From the IMG/VR virus record IMGVR_UViG_3300027416_000239: 64,000 nt of DNA; one strand, given 5' to 3'. The notes below the pieces were generated by a model, which had not been told where the DNA came from, made no database searches, and saw only the letters and a list, made by a program, of their open reading frames with translations. The DNA is from an uncultured virus (IMG/VR IMGVR_UViG_3300027416_000239). Taxonomy: Duplodnaviria; Heunggongvirae; Uroviricota; Caudoviricetes. The position numbers were made by a program, and so were the translations under genes. Of this stretch, positions 1 to 8,226 are shown one piece after another (the stretch's first letter is position 1; each line of letters begins with the position of its first letter).

Positions 1-3
1 CCC

Positions 4-225
4 ATGAAAAAAGCACTCTTATTCATTTCAGGGTTGATCTTGATGGCATCATGTTCAGCCCCTCAGGCTTTAGCTACAGAGCACATCTCTAAAGAGCTAA
101 ATCGAGAAAGACAGGCTCTTATCTACGAAGATAAGGTAGTAATCGTAACTCGAACCACACTGACTCCAATGGAGTATGCGTTAATGTTAGAAAAGACTCG
201 AAACAATCGAGACTTAAACAAATAA
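4..225 (+). CDS. small putative lipoprotein
   Basis: MKK, hydrophobic stretch, then lipobox-like MAS|C. Only plausible plus-strand gene; ends at a bidirectional terminator. Confidence 0.65.
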   Translation: MKKALLFISGLILMASCSAPQALATEHISKELNRERQALIYEDKVVIVTRTTLTPMEYALMLEKTRNNRDLNK

Positions 226-253
226 AAAAAGGGCCGTTAGGCCCTTTCTTTTT
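224..253. terminator. bidirectional intrinsic terminator between convergent genes
   Basis: AAAGGGCC-GTTA-GGCCCTTT stem (228-247) flanked by an A run and a T-rich run. Confidence 0.85.
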
Positions 254-564
254 TAACTTACATCGAACTCTGATGTATCTGCTTTAATTCCTTTTTCTTT
301 TAGTGCTTTAATTACTGCACCGTGAGCTTCATAAGGATCTGACTGAAAGTCAATGTCAATTCCTAAGATGTCTAGCATCCTTTGAGCTTCTTTACTATGA
401 AGTTTCTTATCCCAGTTTGTACCGCTTCCGTCTTTTAGGTAGACGTATACTCCGTATAACATGGTCTTGCCGTCTACAAAAGTAATATCTACTTTTTCTA
501 CGTTGTCAGCTGTAATTCCTTCAACGTCGTAGGTTCCTTCTAGGATAATATCAGATAATTTCAT
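253..564 (-). CDS. hypothetical protein, candidate internal head protein (start re-called at MKLSDIILEG)
   Basis: ORF track gives 253..597, but the ATG at 564 lies 14 nt downstream of a TATTTATA motif and avoids overlap with nrdA. Confidence 0.65.
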   Translation of the reverse strand: MKLSDIILEGTYDVEGITADNVEKVDITFVDGKTMLYGVYVYLKDGSGTNWDKKLHSKEAQRMLDILGIDIDFQSDPYEAHGAVIKALKEKGIKADTSEFDVS

Positions 565-578
565 ATTCAAAGATTTAT

Positions 579-586
579 TATAAATA
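579..586 (-). promoter_or_regulatory. TATTTATA putative late promoter
   Basis: Octamer recurring upstream of many genes; 14 nt before ATG 564. Confidence 0.6.
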
Positions 587-2302
587 TTACCCATCACAGC
601 TTAAGCAATCCTCGTTAGTTCTAGAGCCAATATCGCCGTTAATTACTGAGTCGGTACGTAGGTAGTAAAGGGTCTTGATACCTAACTTCCAAGCTGTCTG
701 ATGAACTAAGTTGATGAACTTAGGACTGTCTGTAGGATCAAAAGCTAAGTTTAATGACTGAGTCTGGTCGATATATTTCTGACGTACGGCAGCCTGCTCT
801 ACTAATGCTAGCTGATTGATCTCGGTAAAGGTGTAGAAGATCTCTTTGTCAGCTGCGGGCATAACAGCTTCAGGTACGTTGATAACTGAACCTCTATCCT
901 TCATAATGATGTCCCATACCTCATCAGTATTGTGACCTTTGTCTTCTAAGTATTGTTCGAGCACCGGGTTCTTACGAATGAACGTACCCTTACCGCTATT
1001 GAACGTATAGATGTTAGCAGGTAACGGCTCGATACCAGCAGATACACCTCCGGAAATAGAACTATTGCTAACAGTCGGAGCAATCGCGAGCAAATGCGTG
1101 TTGCGCATTCCCGTGCCTTTACACCATTCTGGTTCTCCATATTCTTCAGCTAATTTTCTTGAAGCAGCTTCGGCTTGTGTTCTGATCTGTGAGAAGATTC
1201 GGTTTGTCCATGCCGTAGAAGCAACAGATACGAATGGCAATCCTTTTTGCTGTAAGAAAGTATGCCATCCTAGAACTCCTAGTCCGATTGCACGACCTTT
1301 TTTAGCTGAACGATGTGAGCGGGCAAGTGAATCCTTACCGTCGGTCTTATATAAAAACTCTTCCATTACTCCGTCTAGGAAGTAAACAGCAGTTTCAATC
1401 AAGTCTGAGTCTTTCCATTCATCATACTTAGCTAAGTTTACTGAACTTAAGCAGCAGATAAATGAATGCTCTTCGTCTGTATGTAGAGTAATCTCAGTAC
1501 AGATGTTAGTCATACTAACGTCTAGGTTGTTCTTAACGTATGCCTGAGGATTATCGTTGTTAACGTTGTCCTTAAACATAAGATAAGGCTCTCCAGTCTC
1601 TACTCTTGATTTGAGGATTTCAACCCAGAGTTCGACCGCTTCTTGATCTCGTCGTTCAAGCTTGCGCATGAACTCATCATCCACCACAACGCATTGGTGT
1701 AGGTTGAGACACTGTCTATTTGGGTCTCCTTTTGGACGTCTGATTTGGAGGAATTCTTTGATGTCTCCATGATTGATATCTAAGTTAACAGAGGCTGCTC
1801 CTCTACGTACAGCACCCTGGTTGGTTGCAATAATAGTTGAATCGTAAATCTTAGCCCATGGCACTACACCTTCTGAGTTACCGTTACCGGTGATAGCTGT
1901 TCCTCTTTCTCTAACACGGGATAAGCTAATACCTACACCACCACCTAATGAAGAGAGTCTCATCAGCTCTGCATTTGTTAGACCTATTCCTCTAATGCTA
2001 TCAGGTGTATCGATGCCAAAGCATGAGATAGGTAAACCTCTATCAGTACCTGTGTTAGATAGTACAGGAGAAGCTAAGTTTAACCAGCCTTTCCACATGT
2101 ACTTATAAAATTTAGCAGCTAATTCAGGGCGCTTTAACCTGTTAGCAACAGCAGTGGACACTCGCTGGTAAGCTTTCTTAGGAGTTTCTCCTGGAAGCAA
2201 ATAACCTTTTGAGATAGTTGCTAAGGATAACTCGTTCATCCATTCAGGAAAATCCTTTCCTGCCTCCCATAAGGAGGTATCTACATAGATACTGTTATTC
2301 AT
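587..2302 (-). CDS. nrdA: class I ribonucleotide reductase alpha subunit, short, no ATP cone
   Basis: PISCF, TNICTEI (Asn/Cys/Glu active-site loop), CCLSS, LAIAPT, TLYY and C-terminal CxxC (CLSCDG). Confidence 0.97.
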   Translation of the reverse strand: MNNSIYVDTSLWEAGKDFPEWMNELSLATISKGYLLPGETPKKAYQRVSTAVANRLKRPELAAKFYKYMWKGWLNLASPVLSNTGTDRGLPISCFGIDTPDSIRGIGLTNAELMRLSSLGGGVGISLSRVRERGTAITGNGNSEGVVPWAKIYDSTIIATNQGAVRRGAASVNLDINHGDIKEFLQIRRPKGDPNRQCLNLHQCVVVDDEFMRKLERRDQEAVELWVEILKSRVETGEPYLMFKDNVNNDNPQAYVKNNLDVSMTNICTEITLHTDEEHSFICCLSSVNLAKYDEWKDSDLIETAVYFLDGVMEEFLYKTDGKDSLARSHRSAKKGRAIGLGVLGWHTFLQQKGLPFVSVASTAWTNRIFSQIRTQAEAASRKLAEEYGEPEWCKGTGMRNTHLLAIAPTVSNSSISGGVSAGIEPLPANIYTFNSGKGTFIRKNPVLEQYLEDKGHNTDEVWDIIMKDRGSVINVPEAVMPAADKEIFYTFTEINQLALVEQAAVRQKYIDQTQSLNLAFDPTDSPKFINLVHQTAWKLGIKTLYYLRTDSVINGDIGSRTNEDCLSCDG

Positions 2303-2313
2303 TTTAGTTTATT

Positions 2314-3297
2314 TTAGAAGATTGAAGCGGAATCCCACTCCATATGACCTTTACTATAGTTAGTTACTCTGTTTGCGAAGAAGTCAGTATGCTGCTTACC
2401 TGCAATTACCATATCAAACCACTTCATAGTCTTGATTGCGCCCTTGTCAATCTCTGAGGAAGGGATCAAAGGCTTAAGACCTAGGTCACCCATCTTAGTA
2501 TTTACACGGTGCTTAATAAAATTCTTAAGCTCTTCCTTACCTAAGTTCTCTAGATCACCCATCTCAAAGATTTTATCGATGAAATCGAACTCTAACTTCA
2601 AAGCCATTCTAGCTGCCTCTTCAATATCAGCAACAAGCTTATCTGTCTTAAGTTCTGGATGTTCTTTCATTAACTGTTTGAATAACCAGCAGCCTGCCTC
2701 AGAGTGAAGAGATTCATCTCTAACGGACCATTCTACGATCTGACCTACGCCCTTTAACTTGTTTCTCATTTTAAATGAAAGGAGTACAGCAAAGGAACTG
2801 AATAGGTTAACACCTTCTGTAAAGGCAGAGAAGATCGCAAGGCTACGAGCAACTTCTTGGTAATCGAGTTCTCCGTTGTGACCGTCTCTTACATTCATAA
2901 GAGATTCAATCTTAGCGTGAGTAGCTTCATCTTCTAAGAACTCTGCGAAGTTATCCAGACCTAATTGCTCATTCAATAAAGAATAAGCTTCGGCGTGAAT
3001 AGTTTCAAAGGCACCAAACGTAGTGGCCATCATAATAATTTCTGGCTTACGGAACCATTTTGTTACAAGACCAGTCCAGTAATCATTTACTACTGTTTCT
3101 GTCTGAGCGAAGCCTTTTAAGATACCCCCTATAACGTTCTTTTCGTGATCTTTTAAGTTTGATTTCCAGTCCGTGATGTCATTTGCCATCGGCACTTCGG
3201 TATGTAACCAGTGTGCTTGCTGCTGCTTTAACCAATACTCGTGAGCTTTAGGGTACTCAAATGGCTTGTAAACCACTCTTTCTTGTAATATACTCAT
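2314..3297 (-). CDS. nrdB: class I ribonucleotide reductase beta subunit
   Basis: KPFEYP, ETIHAEAY, EGVNLFSSF, RDESLH and DFFANRVTNY ferritin-like R2 motifs; adjacent to nrdA. Confidence 0.97.
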   Translation of the reverse strand: MSILQERVVYKPFEYPKAHEYWLKQQQAHWLHTEVPMANDITDWKSNLKDHEKNVIGGILKGFAQTETVVNDYWTGLVTKWFRKPEIIMMATTFGAFETIHAEAYSLLNEQLGLDNFAEFLEDEATHAKIESLMNVRDGHNGELDYQEVARSLAIFSAFTEGVNLFSSFAVLLSFKMRNKLKGVGQIVEWSVRDESLHSEAGCWLFKQLMKEHPELKTDKLVADIEEAARMALKLEFDFIDKIFEMGDLENLGKEELKNFIKHRVNTKMGDLGLKPLIPSSEIDKGAIKTMKWFDMVIAGKQHTDFFANRVTNYSKGHMEWDSASIF

Positions 3298-3326
3298 ATC
3301 TTTATATAATCCTTAATATGTTAGAC

Positions 3327-3360
3327 AAAAACAGCCCTTGAGTTTTGTACTCTCGGGCCG
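3327..3360 (-). terminator. putative intrinsic terminator between helicase and nrdB
   Basis: Minus strand CGGCCC-GAGAGTACAAAACTCAA-GGGCTG followed by TTTTT. Confidence 0.55.
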
Positions 3361-3365
3361 TGTTT

Positions 3366-3373
3366 TATAAATA
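3366..3373 (-). promoter_or_regulatory. TATTTATA motif embedded in a hairpin
   Basis: Octamer inside the inverted repeat GGCCGT...ACGGCC (3356-3378). Confidence 0.45.
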
Positions 3374-3382
3374 CGGCCAGCG

Positions 3383-4747
3383 TTAACTTCCTTGCTGTAA
3401 TTCAAAGAATTTTTTTGCTAAAAGTGCTCGATCATGCGTATCAACTCCAGCTACATTAGTAGGCTGTACTGGTGACATATCTTCGAGCATGATATCATTT
3501 GAGACTTCGATGTGTCCGTTATTGGTATCTACCTTAGCATTATAAGTCATACCGTCCATTCCATATCGATTCTTCATGATGTGAATACGTCCAGTACCAT
3601 TTACCTTGTCTTCTTTCTGACGTGACAGAGAGATTGCTACGTCTGCTACCATCAACTTATCATACGAGCCTGCTGCTTTATCTCCTTCAATGACTTGATC
3701 TTTAGCACCCATTCGGTTAACCTGAGAAGGTGTTAGGATAGGAATTTTCAGCTCCTTAGCCAATCCTTTCACAGCTACGAATACATCATCAATCTCGTCC
3801 TTACGCTCAGCGAATTTCCTTGAAGGTCCTCGCAAGTAATCAACATAGTCGATGACAACTAGATCAGCCTTAAACTCCATATCTTCACACTTCTGAATAT
3901 GAGACTTAATAGTCGTTACAGTAGCTGCCTTAGGAGGATACTCTTTTACAATTAATTTACCGGGTAGCTTAGTTACAATATCTTCTACCTTAGCACGATG
4001 CTTATTAACTTCGTCGATAGAGTAGCCTGTAAAGTAGCAGTCAAAGCGTTTTCCTACATAATCCTCTCCTAATTCAAGAGTATAGTAGATAACGTTAAAG
4101 CCTTGCTGTACCGCATGAGCTGCAATAGCTACCATCATCCAAGATTTGCCACCTCCAGGATTACCGAATACAATTCCTAGATCACCAGGTCCAAAGCCTC
4201 CCTGGAAGCCTTCATTAAGTACTGGCCAGGGTGTAGGAATAGTAGGGCGGTAGTTCTCTCGGTAACGACTTTCAATATCCTTGAGATACTCGTGACCGAT
4301 ATTCTTATCCATACCGGCTTTTAGAGCTGCTTCGATCATACCTCGAATAGAATCATAATCACCGGCGTTAAGCAGATCAGCAGAGTCCATCAAAGCTTGT
4401 TTAAGCTTTTGGTTCTTACAGAAGGTAGTAAACTCTTCCTGTACGTACTCTAGATCTTGCTGGGAAGCTTGATAAGAGTTACGAAGCTCTTCTTTAATTG
4501 CAGTCTTTAGTACCTCGTTCTCGATCTTTACAAGCTCGATCTTAAGTACGTCCATCGTAATGACGGTATGGTACTTATCAAAGTATTGAACGATGTTCTT
4601 TAAGATCCACTTATGTGAATCAGCATCAAAGTAATCTTCTTGTATAGTATCACGTACGTTAAGTAGAAATGCCTTGTCTGTAAGTAGAGAGCCTAGTACC
4701 TTAACTTGGAAGGGCTTGCCGTACTGCGATAGCTTTGTAAGCGTCAT
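3383..4747 (-). CDS. replicative DNA helicase, DnaB/T4 gp41-like (SF4)
   Basis: Walker A GNPGGGKS, YYTLEL, VVIDYVD, TPSQVNR and KNRYG motifs. Confidence 0.93.
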   Translation of the reverse strand: MTLTKLSQYGKPFQVKVLGSLLTDKAFLLNVRDTIQEDYFDADSHKWILKNIVQYFDKYHTVITMDVLKIELVKIENEVLKTAIKEELRNSYQASQQDLEYVQEEFTTFCKNQKLKQALMDSADLLNAGDYDSIRGMIEAALKAGMDKNIGHEYLKDIESRYRENYRPTIPTPWPVLNEGFQGGFGPGDLGIVFGNPGGGKSWMMVAIAAHAVQQGFNVIYYTLELGEDYVGKRFDCYFTGYSIDEVNKHRAKVEDIVTKLPGKLIVKEYPPKAATVTTIKSHIQKCEDMEFKADLVVIDYVDYLRGPSRKFAERKDEIDDVFVAVKGLAKELKIPILTPSQVNRMGAKDQVIEGDKAAGSYDKLMVADVAISLSRQKEDKVNGTGRIHIMKNRYGMDGMTYNAKVDTNNGHIEVSNDIMLEDMSPVQPTNVAGVDTHDRALLAKKFFELQQGS

Positions 4748-4752
4748 ATAAC

Positions 4753-5775
4753 CTATTTTTTAACTGTAAGTAAATATCTAAAATTTTCTAGCCAACTTTC
4801 TGTGTTCTTTGTAATGCCGTGCTCGATGTTATCTTGCTTGAGCATTAAGAGGAACGCCATTACATTTAACTGTGATGGGCAGTTATCCATTAAATCCAAT
4901 ATAAGAACTTTTTGGGTATCAGACAACCTTGGCTCCATTAAATTCATTAAATCATGGTTCTGCCACACTCGGTCGTAGTTTGTAAGTATCTTCTGAAAGA
5001 TCTTAGTCTTCTCAACACCTGCTTCACAGATCTCAAAAACATACTCCAAATCAGTACCAGGCTTGTCTATCAAGTCCGGGAAGTGTTTGAAGATTCCTTT
5101 CGGTCCGAGGCCCTTAACACCTGGGAGGTTGTCTGAATTATCTCCCAAAAGCGACTTCATTACTAAATAGTTCTCTGCAAGAACACCTACTTCTTCTTTT
5201 ACTTGTGCAGGTCCGTATATTTTCTTCTTAATAGGAGAGTATACCTCTACATTTTCATCGACAATCTGAAGAAAGTCCTTATCTGATGATACTATAGTTA
5301 CTTTGTTGTTATCTCCAAACTGTTGACCGATATATGCAATAACATCATCAGCCTCTACTTTAGGCATAGAGATCATATCTACCGGTAGCATCTGAAGGTA
5401 TTCAACCAGACGTTCAATCTGTGCTGACATAGAAGCGTACTCATCGTCCTTCTTATCAAAGATCTCCCAGTTGGTGATTCTAGTAATATCTCGGTTAGCT
5501 TTGTAATCCGAATTGATATTCTTTCTTGCTGCCGACGACCCTGGTCCGTCAAAGACGATCACTACTCTGGTTGGATTAAAAGTACGGGTTAAGAAACCTA
5601 ATGACTTTAAAAATCCGACCATGCCGCCTACGTGAGCCCCTTGAGGGTTCATCATATTAATCATGGTAAAGCTGCGAATGAACGTATTCAGCGCATCTAT
5701 AACCAGAATGTGATCGTTAACTTTGCGGGGTGCCGACGGCTGTACTTTATTTAGTAAGTCGTCGTATTTGCCCAT
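4753..5775 (-). CDS. 5'-3' exonuclease / flap endonuclease (T4 RNase H / Pol I N-terminal-like)
   Basis: LVIDALN, VFDG, YKANR, EADDVIA, SSDKDFLQ and GDNSDNLPGVKGLGPK (H3TH) motifs. Confidence 0.93.
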   Translation of the reverse strand: MGKYDDLLNKVQPSAPRKVNDHILVIDALNTFIRSFTMINMMNPQGAHVGGMVGFLKSLGFLTRTFNPTRVVIVFDGPGSSAARKNINSDYKANRDITRITNWEIFDKKDDEYASMSAQIERLVEYLQMLPVDMISMPKVEADDVIAYIGQQFGDNNKVTIVSSDKDFLQIVDENVEVYSPIKKKIYGPAQVKEEVGVLAENYLVMKSLLGDNSDNLPGVKGLGPKGIFKHFPDLIDKPGTDLEYVFEICEAGVEKTKIFQKILTNYDRVWQNHDLMNLMEPRLSDTQKVLILDLMDNCPSQLNVMAFLLMLKQDNIEHGITKNTESWLENFRYLLTVKK

Positions 5776-6866
5776 TACATATCCATATTAAGGTCGAAGT
5801 CTACTCCGATGTCTCGGATATCTTCTTCCATGCTTCCTTCTTCGACAAGGTCAAAGTCTACTGTACCTAAGAGGGTTAACCAGCGATCCTTATGCTCATC
5901 CTTATACTTGTCAATTGCCTTTTTATCGTCGAAGATGAATCCGTGAGGAGTCATGACGATACGACCTCGTGACTGAATACCGTTGATGTGATTCTTCTCA
6001 ATCTGAATATTAGTACGTTTAGCAAACTCTACTTGCAGACCGCTCTTGATCGCTTTGATCTTAGAGGTACCTGGGTTAGTAATATTACCGAACGTTACTA
6101 CTAACGTTGCATCATACCACATCGACATACCGCCTTTGTTCTGCAACTTAGCCATACCCATTGGTGATTCAGGCTTCATAGTCCATACCTTGTTGATACA
6201 TACTAACGTGTTGGTGTACGGAGAACCTTCCTTACGAGAAAGAAGAATCTTCTGATTCACGTTATTACCAAACTGTGTAGACATAGCACCTGCATTCCAT
6301 TCGTTGTTGTTCTTATTAGAACGTACTGATAGGTCGCATGGTACTGAACCGATAGAATCCCAGAAGAAACAAAGGTTATAAGGTAGATCGCCTTTCTTTT
6401 GATCGTCGATAAGATCGAGGATAAATGCAGCTACGTCTTCGATGGTATTCATCTGACCTCTATCTGTGTAGATAAAGAAGCCTTCGTAGTCTACAATCTC
6501 ACCTGTACTCTCGTCTACAACCTCTTGGAAGTCTAGACCCATCTCACGGGCGTGTTCCCAAGACCATTTCATCTCGGTGATAATGAACACCGGCAAGATT
6601 CCCATCTTCTGTGCAGAGACTGCTGCCTCTAATAGAGCGGTGGTCTTACCAGTGTCACTATGACCTCGTAGTAGTGTAATATGACCTTCGGGAATACCTG
6701 GGATAGAAGTAATCTCCTGGAAGGCTTTGGATAGTGGAATCCAGCGTTGCTCCTTGAACTTAATGCTCGTGTTAGCAAGCCCTTTATTCTTCTTAAACTT
6801 ATCCAGGCTAAAACTCTTCTTGATCGCTACTTGAGCGCTCTCAGAAACTCCTTTTCTTTTGGCCAT
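5775..6866 (-). CDS. uvsX: RecA/UvsX-like recombinase
   Basis: GIPEGHITLLRGHSDTGKTT Walker A, FFWDSIG Walker B, KGG motif; lies in the replication cluster. Confidence 0.85.
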   Translation of the reverse strand: MAKRKGVSESAQVAIKKSFSLDKFKKNKGLANTSIKFKEQRWIPLSKAFQEITSIPGIPEGHITLLRGHSDTGKTTALLEAAVSAQKMGILPVFIITEMKWSWEHAREMGLDFQEVVDESTGEIVDYEGFFIYTDRGQMNTIEDVAAFILDLIDDQKKGDLPYNLCFFWDSIGSVPCDLSVRSNKNNNEWNAGAMSTQFGNNVNQKILLSRKEGSPYTNTLVCINKVWTMKPESPMGMAKLQNKGGMSMWYDATLVVTFGNITNPGTSKIKAIKSGLQVEFAKRTNIQIEKNHINGIQSRGRIVMTPHGFIFDDKKAIDKYKDEHKDRWLTLLGTVDFDLVEEGSMEEDIRDIGVDFDLNMDM

Positions 6867-6868
6867 AC

Positions 6869-7681
6869 TTAGAAGGGTAGATCGTCGTCCTTAAACAAAT
6901 CGTCGAATTGGCTAACAGTATCGGCTGCTTTAGGAGCTTGAGTCTCCAAAGTAAACGACTGCTTAGGTGCTTGAACAGCGGCAGGAGCAGCTGCAACAGG
7001 TGCAGGAGCTTCATCACCTTCTTCATTACCAGAAAGCCAACCTTCTAATTGCTTCTTAACGAAGTTAAAGTCGTACTTAGTAAAGCACTTCAAAGGATCT
7101 GGTTGAGTCTTCAACCAAGTATCTACATGAGTATTATTATCACTCAAAGTAGACTGCTTAGGCTTGATACGAACCGAAGTCTGTGGATAAGGATTACCCT
7201 GTACCATCTCGACAACGATATCGAAGCCATTCATTACGTCAGTAAAATCACCGACATCCTCATCAGCGGCTAATTGAAGCAAGGTGTTGTAAACCTGCTT
7301 ACCAAAGCCCCACAAACGTACTCCTCTATCTTCCTCACCACGAACTACTACAGGTGCGAATACTCGCATCTTAGGTGCAAGCTTTCCAGACAATGACCAA
7401 TTGTCACGATCGGAAGTCTTACGAAGCTCATTGACAAAGTCAACAACAGGATCTTGCTCACCAAAATTGGTTAGAGCGATCATAGGGTATTTTCCAATAC
7501 CGTAGTGAAAATACAACTCACTGAAAGGGTATTCAGGGTTGAGTGCTGAAGGTACGATACGAATTTGGTGTTTGCCAATACTTGGCTTCCAGAACACCGC
7601 TTCATAGTCGATCTTCTCTCGTTCCTCACGTCCATTACTCTGCATGGAGGCGAGCTTTTGCTTAATAGCGGATAAATCCAT
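6869..7681 (-). CDS. single-stranded DNA-binding protein, T4 gp32-like (start re-called at MDLSAIKQKL)
   Basis: FWKP..GKHQIRIVP, LWGFGKQVY, GDFTD..GFDI and acidic tail DDDLPF. The 50-aa N-terminal extension in the ORF track overlaps the upstream gene and is probably not translated. Confidence 0.85.
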   Translation of the reverse strand: MDLSAIKQKLASMQSNGREEREKIDYEAVFWKPSIGKHQIRIVPSALNPEYPFSELYFHYGIGKYPMIALTNFGEQDPVVDFVNELRKTSDRDNWSLSGKLAPKMRVFAPVVVRGEEDRGVRLWGFGKQVYNTLLQLAADEDVGDFTDVMNGFDIVVEMVQGNPYPQTSVRIKPKQSTLSDNNTHVDTWLKTQPDPLKCFTKYDFNFVKKQLEGWLSGNEEGDEAPAPVAAAPAAVQAPKQSFTLETQAPKAADTVSQFDDLFKDDDLPF

Positions 7682-7727
7682 ACTACAACTGATTAAATAA
7701 CTGATTAATAGAATATGTTTCCGTATA

Positions 7728-7757
7728 CAATATACGAAAAAGTTTTCATTGCTCCAA
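7728..7757 (-). promoter_or_regulatory. putative Bacteroidota-type sigma70 (early/middle) promoter upstream of SSB
   Basis: Minus strand TTG-N20-TATATTG, resembling the -33 TTG / -7 TAnnTTTG consensus (imperfect). Confidence 0.45.
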
Positions 7758-7758
7758 C

Positions 7759-8202
7759 TTAGAGCTCGATAATTTTGTGAAGGCGGGTATTGATACGCTT
7801 GAGTTCGTTTCCTCGAGTGAGGAGAATACAATTACGGTAGTCATTCCAGTCTACCCGGTAGCTTGAATCAGCTACTCCGCCATTTAGCTCTTTGATGAGT
7901 GTATTAAGAGCATTAATTGTATAAAGCGTATTAGATTCTTTCTTGCGATGTACAAGAATAGTATTATCTAGGAAGTTAGCGACATTGCCAAAGTCAACGT
8001 TATACGTGCATACGTACTCGTCATTACTTTTAGCATGGAGGACAAAGATTTTATTGTACATGATGTCGTACTTACCTTTGATCGTCTCTACTAAGTTATC
8101 TATATTCTCTTCTGTGGTGAATGTACAGAATAGTTTATTACTCATATCGTCGTTCCAAATTGCCGTATCTGTGACAAAGTCGTAACCAAATTGTGGTTCC
8201 AT
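7759..8202 (-). CDS. conserved hypothetical phage protein (start 8202 or 8211)
   Basis: Fills the gap between polymerase and SSB; TATTTATA at 8212-8219 directly upstream. Confidence 0.75.
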   Translation of the reverse strand: MEPQFGYDFVTDTAIWNDDMSNKLFCTFTTEENIDNLVETIKGKYDIMYNKIFVLHAKSNDEYVCTYNVDFGNVANFLDNTILVHRKKESNTLYTINALNTLIKELNGGVADSSYRVDWNDYRNCILLTRGNELKRINTRLHKIIEL

Positions 8203-8211
8203 TACTTCCAT

Positions 8212-8219
8212 TATAAATA
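8212..8219 (-). promoter_or_regulatory. TATTTATA putative late promoter
   Basis: Recurrent octamer, 9 nt before ATG 8202. Confidence 0.55.
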
Positions 8220-8226
8220 GAATTTA

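Noticed and set aside
7682..7831. 50-aa N-terminal extension of the SSB in the ORF track
   Set aside because: Overlaps the upstream gene and the promoter/leader; the gp32-like sequence starts at ATG 7681.
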